DNA of 60,306 bases, from contig NC_068983.1 in NCBI RefSeq assembly GCF_001194135.2, positions 119,651,069 to 119,711,374 of the forward strand, given 5' to 3'. Below, piece after piece: positions 12,526-23,129 of the stretch; positions within the stretch are counted from its first letter, which is position 1, and each line of letters begins with the position of its first letter. Below the pieces are notes generated by a model, which saw nothing but the letters and a program-made list of their open reading frames with translations, made no database searches and was not told the DNA's origin. Position numbers and translations under genes: made by a program. Source of the stretch: Octopus bimaculoides. Its lineage: Eukaryota.

Positions 12526-15500
12526 ACCTGGCATTATCTGCAAAGTGACAAACCAAATTATCTCCCTGGTCTTTTATGCATGAAGCCTAGAATGAATGGA
12601 TTTTTAAACTAAGACATACATGCCAGAATTGATACAAAAAAAGTAGTGAGTGATAGACCTAACACGTCTCCCCTGTTAAAACACAATCACCAACTGGCCT
12701 TTGGGAGCCTTTAGAACTGCTCACTCAGTTAAAAAGATTTATACATTCAGAGCAGGCTTCCAGTCTTGATGACTATGCTCTCCCTTTTAGAGTGTTGCCA
12801 TTTGTTACAGGTTACAGGTGGAAGAAGTTGTCTTGCTGATGTCTGTTCCTAGTTATAGCAGCAACTCAGATCCTGATTATGAGTTGCAGGTTCTTCTTCA
12901 CTTTCTACTACCAAACTCAAAGATCCTGTAAATGTCATGCTGCTCCCTCCTTCCTTCTACTAAATCACAAAATCAAATAAACATTATATCACCCCCTCAG
13001 TTCATTATTTTTAAAATTCTGTTTTGGGGATTTAGGTTATAATATTATAAGTACCAGTAACTCAAAAGAAGCTATTCTGCCAGTTATATTCCCTTTCATC
13101 CATACACAGGGTGTTTGGGCTACATTTGACAGTTTGCATTAACTAAAAAGAAAATACAATATTCCATCCAAAAATAAAAGAATTTTAAAAAATCAAAAAG
13201 TATCAACTTGGGTATTGCTGGGAGATAACAGTTTACTCAAAGGAGCTGCCCTCAGCTTCTACCATGGCCATAAAACAGCTCTGGAACCTGGTGCATGTGT
13301 TCCAGGGATGATATTCAAACATCTTGATCTTGGCCACTAGCTTGGCCTTGGTGTTTCAGGCAGAGTGGTTGGTGTCTTACTCAACTGCACTCCACACATG
13401 GGATTACAATTGATAGAATTAGGAGTCTCCAACAACCACTTTTGATGCTTTTCTGTGGCAGCAGGATTTGGTATGGAGCAAAATCCTGCTGCCACACATA
13501 TGGACTTCCAAAAGCAACTCTCTCCAGCCAGGGTTTGACCACAGTCTCCAGCAGCTTCACATAGCAGTCTGAATTGAACCTAAGGTACTGTCAGAATACT
13601 TGTTGTATTCTTCCTGCTGGCCACAGCTACACAGTTTACATTGCAACGGACCATGTCATGCCTTACAGCTTTTACAGTGTTCTCACGGTATTGAGCAGTA
13701 GTTATGATGTCAGCACTTTAATACCCGTACAAATCATCACAATAAGAGTAACTCTTTTCCAATATTTGGATGGTTTCCAGTCCTCCATGTCAGCTAATTT
13801 TTTCTCAACTACAACTTTCATCTTTACGCTCTTCAATACTGTTGACTGTTCATCAACACATCAAGCTGCTTCTGAGAAAATGAGATTTAAATAATCATCA
13901 AATTTAACCTGAACATCCTGTGAGGATTAAAAATAAAATAAAAAAACCTCTAATGATAGTAATGGCCTCATACAGCTGTTACTTCCTGGTGGTCTTTACT
14001 CAATTATCTCTGAAATCTTTCTCAAATAGACAGATAGACAAGTAGCTGGTTAACATCTAGTTAGTTAGATTGATGTGGTAGGACATCACATGACTTTGAA
14101 AGGTCTCTGTGTTATCTATAAACAGAACCTATGCCAGCTCCAACTCATGCCAGTATGGAACATGGACATTAAGTGATGTTGAAGAAGCCAGCCAGTTGTA
14201 AGCATGTAGCGCATGATAAATTACGATTAGGTTATTCCTAGAATTATATATTTATAGATGTCATATTTTACAGTACTACACTATATAAATTAAAAGAGTG
14301 TGGAGAAACAAGTGCTTTACTTACAGTCATCATCAATGTTAGAAGGTGTGAATGGAGACAATGGATAGCTTTTGTTGAGGAATAAACCCCGCATTGGATT
14401 ATGCACAACACCAGCTCTTCCTGCTCGTGTACTCAACACTTCCCAATTCTTACTAGAAAATAAAATTTCAGACATGAAAAGAGTTATTTATTTTTCATTT
14501 ATTTTTTGTGTATTTTCTGATTTGATGAAGCAAATTATTTAATATGAGTTAGCAACAATTAAGAATAAACTAAAATTTCAATGATCACAGAAACATAGTT
14601 TTTTTCTTGGTTGAGATGAGAATTATTGAGTTCAAGGTAGAGGATCAGTGCACATAGCACCTGCAAGATCTCCTGGACTAGTGGAGGCTATACAGTTGAT
14701 TCTCAATTTGAATGTCAGCAGAAGACTGATGTATGAAGAGAAAACAGTGTAACCTTAAAAAAAATTTTTTTTTTAAATAAAGAAGTGAGCCTCTTGGATA
14801 ATGTAGTCCAAAATATACTCTGATGCTTGAAAGCAAAATATGGGATGGCTACTAGTAAAACATTTTTGGTCACAGGTCTAAGCAATAACATCATCATCTG
14901 GTCATGTTGCCTTTACAGATTCCGTTCTGTCAACACCCAATTCTATTATTTGTATTTGAATTGGAAGCTTGAGTCATAATGGATCTTTCATTAGCTGATT
15001 ACACAACCATGAGTTCCATCTCTATGGAAATGTTGCAGTTACTCTCTTGAAAGAGCTTGCAGATCCTGACCATTGATCTTCTAGGATTCCTCCACTCAGC
15101 ATCAATTTAAGAAGCATAATTGGCTCTTCTGCTACCTCTTCACAATCTGCCATGTTGCAGTCTTATGACTTCACCACATCCCTGGTAGGGTGGCTGAATG
15201 GGTGCTGTGCTTTGCAAAAGGGCAGCCTGTAACTATGTAGGGCACAGTCTATGTTGTTGTTTATGAGTATGCAGGTATTTTCAAAATACATGCTTATTCA
15301 TAAACAACAACATAGACAGGTAATAGTTCCAGAGAATCACAATTATTGGGGAGAAAGATTTGGATTAGTGTGCAATTTTGATGAAGATGTCACATAGTGT
15401 GGATGATGGGCAAAGGAACTGAATGGAATTAGGAGGAAGCAATACTCAGAGGCCATAATTGAGGCAATACTTTTTAAGAGGTATTGAAAAAGGCTAATGA

Positions 15501-16208
15501 AGGTTTGATAAGAAAAGAAAAGTCATGTCTTCAGACATTTCAAATGTGTTTTTTCATCACAACTACCAAAAGAAGGAAACTCCTTGTTCTCTTTTGCAAA
15601 AGGAAGGCAGAAAGGTAACAATTGTAAACAAGTGTCACTGACATGGAAGAGGTGTTCTTTGTTTCCAATATTCCAGGTAATCATATCTAGGTATGCTGAA
15701 ATATTACTTTACTTAGAAACAGGTGAAGCTTAGTGATGGGAATGGCATCCAATTGTACAAAAGGTCTAATCCATGTAAGCATGGAAAAGTGGATGTTTCA
15801 TATATTTTCACCTGAGACAATACAACTGTATCTGATCAAGTGATTCAGGGACATGCACTAAAGCTCCAATGAAGCTATAGGGTGATATTCAAGCATTCAA
15901 CTATTAGTGCATTGCATCTTCTAGCAGAAACAGCTGTAAGCTAATGAAGTTCATAACATAATCGTTATTCGTTTGTCATTCATACTTCTTATTACTGCTC
16001 TATATTCAACTGATGTTTTGTTCAGAAGCATATGTATATTGAGTTCTAACACCAGGTTATTGGTATTATTATGCCAAAGCAGGATATCAAAATACACACA
16101 CAAATACATATATATTGTGGGCTTCTTTCAGTTTCCATCTACCAAATCTACTCACATGGTCTTGGTCAGCCCTGGCTATAGTAGTGAGCATAGAAACACA
16201 GATGTTTC

Positions 16209-16240
<32 letters not shown>

Positions 16241-19200
16241 GATAATAATATTTTCAACCAAGATGTTACAACCATATCTGATTTTTCAAGTGCTTCAATT
16301 CTGTGTATGTACATATATTTTACTTGATTTCTGACATTTATGAATAGTTTTTTCCTGTTGTTTTTATGCACCATTTTCTATCATTAATAAAACTGTTAGC
16401 ATTTTTGACAACATGGGTATGCTAGTATATATGTATATGATTGGTTCAATTCTAGTACTTGACTGACACTTATTCTATCAAACTCATAAGGATTGAAGTC
16501 AACCTTGGTGGAATTTGAACTCAGAACATAAAGGAAAGCAAGCTGCTCTACTGGTTCTGCCAAATAATAACGACTTATAGAACATACTTACTTCTCAATT
16601 AATCCTCTTAACATTTGTGTCCAGAATCCCTCAGAAGTTGAAGCTTTTTCCTCGCTATCAGATCTATCTTTACTTGAAGCATCTTCTCCATTTGATCCTC
16701 TTCTGACTGAAATGTCATTAGGATCTATGTTATTAAGGGCGTTGATTCCAGTTTCAACAGAATTTTTGGGGATGCCTTCATTTGATTTTCTGGAACTCAT
16801 ATGATGTTGCATCACTACACTTCTTCTCTTTAATGTCTCTTCTTGTTTAATCTCTTCCTCATCATCTGATGAATCATTGAAAGTATCCAATTTCTGCTTT
16901 TCTAATTCCATTTCTGTTAAATAAAATAAATAAAATTGTTTTCAGAAACTTGGGGCGGATTGGTATGTGGTTGGGTGGGGAGGTAGGTAGGTAGATAGGA
17001 AGGTAGGTAGGTGAATACATAGTTAGATAGATCAAATGATATATAGTTGGAGAAATGGACAGAGTGATAGATAGATAAAGTAACAATTCCAAACAAATTA
17101 TCATTTGAAGTTGTAACTAACAAATAACAAAATTATTGAGAAATGAAAGAAAGTTGTATACTCACGTATATCTTGCCGCATCATTCCAACTGGGTCTTTT
17201 CTCGATTTGTCTTCCAGTAATCTTTTGAACAGGATGCAAAAGGCACTTCCCCAAATACCTGTAGATAGCGGTTACATTTGTATAACTTTATATAGATTAT
17301 TTCTTAATAAGTTTATTAGTAGCTGAGATGGTAAACACCTTTCACTTGCGATGTATTGTTCATATTGTGCATTACAAATGATGAAAATAGTCAAAAGAAT
17401 TTTTTAGATTTTTCCATACTATGAGATTTAACTATGAATTTAAAGTGGGCCTGGGGATGGAGGTTGATTAAATTAATAGATTTTATTCATTTTCTAGTAT
17501 GATTTAGTAAAAGTAGGATGGGCAGTGCCTATGTCCTTTTTGCAAGGCCTACAAGAGTGGTCACAGGATCTTTTATCATTTACTTGTTTCAGTTATTAGA
17601 TTGTGGCCATACTGGGGCACTGCTTGAAGAATTTTAATCAAATGAATCAACCCTGGAACTTATTTTTTTCTAAATCTGATACTTACTCTACCAGTCCCTT
17701 TTGCTGAACCACTAAGTTATGGGAATGTAACACATCAACACTGGTTGTTAGTTTTCCGTCTGCCAAATTCACTCATAAGGCTTTGGTTGGCCTGAGTCTA
17801 TAATAGAAGAAACTTGACCAAGGTGTCACTCAGTGGGACTGAATCCAGAACCATTGGTTGGAAAACAAACTTCTTACCACACAGCCATGCCTGCACCTCC
17901 TGGGACTTTTTTCTCAGGCCAAGCTGAGTAAGTTACAGTTTAGAATCCTACAATCTATAGGAGCCTCAAAATAATTAAAGGGCATATGTTCTTACAATGT
18001 TTGTGATACCTTTTTGTATAATTTTTGTAAAGAGGCTTCCAAGCTTTATAAAGCTTAAAACCTAACTAAGTCTAAATCTGGCATTTGTCAGGGAAGAGCT
18101 TTAAATTGAATGCTGGATTAAGCCTACAATGCATGTGGAACAAGTGAATCTAAAGACAGTTTTTGGTGACACAGTATCTCAAATAATAATAATTAATTAA
18201 TGCTTATGTAAACAAAAATTAAGTAAATCATGACGATAAAGATTATCTCAAAAACCTCAGTCACTTAATGGTTCACAAATGTGTTAAATTAAAAATTTTT
18301 AGGAAATTTTTGAGACCCACAGTGTTCACTGTGGGTCTCAAATTGTAAGCCTGAAATTATTTCTAAAGAACAAGATATCTTAATGTCTTAGGATGGAACC
18401 AAATAAAGATATGTATAAGAGAAATGGGAGACAAACCATATTTATAAAGTGCCAGAACTGATTTCAATTAATAATTTCATCTTACCCATTTTTTATTTTA
18501 CAGAGACAAGATAGTAGATAGGAACCTACTCCATTCAAGCTACACATACAGGAAGGAACAGTTAGGTGGGGTGAGATTTTTAAAAGCTCAGTGTCTTGTT
18601 CACAAACATAGAGCAGTACTAATTAGGTGTTAATTTCTGCCCCTTATCAGCTACTAATCTCACTGAATGATCAAAGATGACTGATGCATAAAGAGATACG
18701 TTATATTATCCGGGAATACAACACAGCAACAGTGACATAACATAGCAGGGGATCGGCAAAACTTTTCTGGAGGTGCACTAGATCAGAAATGCTTTTATAT
18801 TATGATCAAAGGAGGCTATAGAAACAACTTGTTTTCTTTCATTTTTTCTTCTTTAAATGTCACCTGTTGTAATGAAAGAATCATTACTTATCTAATAATA
18901 GAAAAATGGTGTGTGCTCTGATTGACACAGCATACAGAGAAAGAGTTAGGATATTTTTAGTTAGGTTGAATATGGGCAATTAGGCTTCAGAGTAAACCAA
19001 TCAGTTTACCTGCTTCCTTCAATGGATAAGTAAATTTTTTTCACACCCTCCTTTCATATATGCAGTTATTTACATAAACTATATTACAATGAGTAGAGTG
19101 AGGTATTATTATTCCTTATTAACCCAATCATTTAGGAAGGTGCAAACTTCTACTATTTAAAATGCCACACCTAGGAAAACTTGTATTTTTTACTAAGTAA

Positions 19201-20273
19201 AAGAATCTCACTTATTTTGTTTTGGTATAAACATTGATTGAAGTTACTGCAATACTTATGCTGTGGTTAATAGAATTAATCCAAACAAAGATTTTAATCC
19301 AAACCTTAAGAGAGAACACTAAATGCACTGAGACATTTAATCCGATGCTCTACCATTTTTGTTGTTCTATTGCCCTTAAATACACTGAATAATCTGGCTA
19401 ATATTGGTAACATGGCATGACAATGTAATTATCAATTCCTGAATGTCTTACCTTGAAGATAGTGCAATGGTGGTTCTGGGTGTTCACGACATATTTTACC
19501 CATAAAAAACTTAGAACCAAAATGTTCAACCTTCATGTACGTTCCATATTTTGGGATGCCAATTTCATATGGTGTAAACTCAATCCATTCTGAAAATCAA
19601 ATGAAAATAATAATAATAATTGTTTCTATAACATAGACACAATGTTTATTACATTCAAAATAATAAGGGTTTTTGATTTAGGCATAAGGCCAGCAATTTT
19701 GAAGGGGGTTAACTGATAACACTAACTTCAGTATTTGACTGGTACATTATTTTATTGACTCCAGAGAGATGAAAGGTAAAGTTGACCTCCATTGAGATTT
19801 GAACTCAGCCTAGAATATTATGGTTGCATTTTACTGTGATTTCCACAGGGTCATTCCACTAGTACTCTTTCATATTATGAGTGGCTATGGTCTCTACTGC
19901 ACAATATGTTCTTATATCTGTGGTTCTAGAATCATCCTTCCCACAAATCACATCGTATAGTGTCTTAGCCAATCTCATCAGTAGATAATAAGGTGATGAG
20001 ATTTCCAGACAACTTATTATGTGGGTGGTATCTTTGGTGTTAATGCTACAAAGCTAGCATGTTAACACATTTTAGTGTTTTTCCTGCCTCTCTATTAGGT
20101 TTCAAATACATACCCTTCAAAGTGAGAGTCTATCTGGTTGTTGGTCCATGATAGACTGCATTCATTCAATGTTACTGTCATCCTAGAGCTTTCCTTCTGC
20201 TAACACAATCATGCATGGTCTTCTGCTGATATGCACTCATCTTTTCATCTGATGATATGTCTGTCTGTATGTA

Positions 20274-20359
<86 letters not shown>

Positions 20360-20540
20360 GTTCTAGCATTATAAAAATCAAGTCTGTTTCATAGAATATA
20401 TCTAAATATATAAATATAGAGCATTTTGAATGTGAAATAATTAAAGAATTAAGTATTTTTTCTACCTTCTGTAGTATTTGAAACCTCATTAACTTTTTGA
20501 AAGTATGACTTTTAAATGGTCCAAGACAGCAGACTGAGAA

Positions 20541-20583
<43 letters not shown>

Positions 20584-22882
20584 TAGAGAGAGAGAGAGAG
20601 AAAGAGAATGTGTGTGTGTGTGTATGTGAGGAGTGTATGTGTGTAAGGAGAGAGAGTTTGTGTATGTGTGTGAGGAGAAAGGGAGAATGGGAGAGAGAAT
20701 GTGTGTGTGCACATGTCTGTGTGTGAGGAGAGAGAGAGAGTGTGTGTGTGTGGGTGAAGAGAGAGAGAGAGAGAGAGTGTGTGTGTGTGTANNNNNNNNN
20801 NTGTGTGGGTGAAGAGAGAGAGAGAGAGAGAGTGTGTGTGTGTATGTATGAGGAGAGAGAGAGAGAGAGAGAGTTTGTGTGTGTGTGTGAGGAGAGAGGG
20901 AGAAAGAGTGAGAGAGAATGTGTGTGTATGTGTGTGTGTGTGTGTGCAAGGAGAAAGGGTGACAGAGAGAGAAATTAGAATGACACAGAGAAGAGAGCTG
21001 CAGAAAGAGAAAAATTTTAGTAAAACTGAAAGAGAAAGAAAGAGATTGACTTCATAAACTGACCGTTTCTGTATTTCTCACTCCACCCCTCCACTATATG
21101 TATAAGTGTATGTGCCTATGTATGTACATATGTATGTACGTATGTACGTATGTATGTATGTATGTATGTATGTATGTGTATGTGTGTGTGGATGTTTGTT
21201 GTATAAATGTTACCTCAAGTGTCATTATCACAAGTAGCATTTGTTAATCCTCATGCTATTAATTATCAGCATATCTCATCTATCCAACTCCATCTATCTC
21301 ACTCATCTCTCTTTTTCCTTCTGTAATCCATATCATATTTCACTGTCTAAAATTCTATACTAAACACACTGTTCAATTTACCCAATTTGGAACTGCAGTT
21401 AAGTGGATCCTAGAGTCCTCAGCCTGCAGATGTTTAAATTCAATATTCAGCCACAGTTTGAGAATATTTACAAAAATCATTGACACTGTCTCTTCCTCCT
21501 CTGATAAACTTCAAAAACAAGTGTAATTTTCAGAGTCATCAATTCAAATTATCGTCATCGTCGTTGTTTAACATTCGCTTTCCATGCTGACATGGGTTGG
21601 ATGGTTTGACTGAGGACTGGCAAGCCAGAAGACTGCACCAGGCTCCAATCTGATTTAGTAAGGTTTCTACAACAGGATGCCCTTTCTAACACCAACCACT
21701 CCGAGAGTGTTGTGGGTGCTTTTTCTGTACCACCGGGACGAGGGCCAGTCAGGTGGTATTGGCATCAACCATGCTTGAATGGTGCTTTTTACGTGCCTCT
21801 GGCATAGGAGCCAGTCAAGCAGCACTGGCAACTGGCTGCCATGCCAGTGGCACAGATAAACTGATAATAAACTGTATCATGGGTTTTTGTGTGTTTGTCT
21901 GTTTGTTTGTTATGGTAACTTTCAGCTATGATAAACAGGTAAAACAGCATGATATATAGTCTCTTTACCTTTTTGCCTTTTACTTGTTTCAGTGATTAGA
22001 CTGTGGCCATGCTGTAGCACTGCTACGAAGAGTTTTAGCTGAACAAATCGATCCCAGTACTTGTCTTTTAAGCCTAGTATTTATTCTGTTAGTCTCTTAT
22101 GCCAAGCTGCTAAGTGACAAGGATATAAATAAACCAACACCAGTTATCACACACACACATACACACACACTCATATGTGTTGGGCTTCTTCCAGTTTCCA
22201 CCTACCAGATCCTTTCACAAGGCTTTGATCAGCCTGAGGCTAAAGTAGAAGACTTCTACTCATCACAGCAATATCTGGTTGCCAGAGCAAAGGATGCTTT
22301 CATGCAAACCTTACTGTGAACCAAATTGCTGCAGTGCTTTTGATTTTTTGCCAAGAGAACCTATAATAGCATTGTGGAATCCTCCTATTTACCACTTCAC
22401 AACTTCTGCTGAAAAAGACTCCCTGTTTGCTGTTTGCTTTACTTTAAATGCTACACTTTATACTTTTAACAAAACTCATTCACAACTATTCTTATCCATG
22501 TCCAAAAGTCCTAAATGAACAGATCCTTCTGAAAAACAAGATTTTCTCCAACCACTCTAATCCAAGAAGGGAGCTAGTCGTCATAGCCTTTCCTTCTATC
22601 ATCCTCTAACAATGCACTCTAGAGCTAGCCTTTCTCCTCATCAAACTCTTCAGTCTCTCTCTCTCTCTTTCTTTTCAGGAATCTATCTCAATACAGTTCT
22701 TTATCTAAGAGATGAGGAATTATGTACATTATTTACATTATTTACAATTGACAGATATTTGTCCTCATCTTGTTTGTTGTTAACACATTTCGGCTGATAT
22801 ACCCTCCAGCCTTCATCAGGTGTCTTTTGGGGGAAATTTCGAACCTGGGTTCTCATTCATAAGGTATTTTTCGATGTTATTA

Positions 22883-22933
<51 letters not shown>

Positions 22934-23072
22934 TCACTGCCTGGAATCGAACTCGAATCTTGGGGTTAGTAGCCCGTGCTCTTAACCACTTCGCCATATG
23001 CCCGTGGGTGTAGTGGTTAAGAGCGCGGTCTACTAAGCCCAAGATTCCAAGTTCGATTCCAAGCAGTGACCA

Positions 23073-23129
<57 letters not shown>

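Noticed and set aside
23005-23071. Functional tRNA gene
   Set aside because: There is no proper acceptor stem, the ACT anticodon loop is atypical, and it sits in a repeat arm. It is treated as a SINE-type head.
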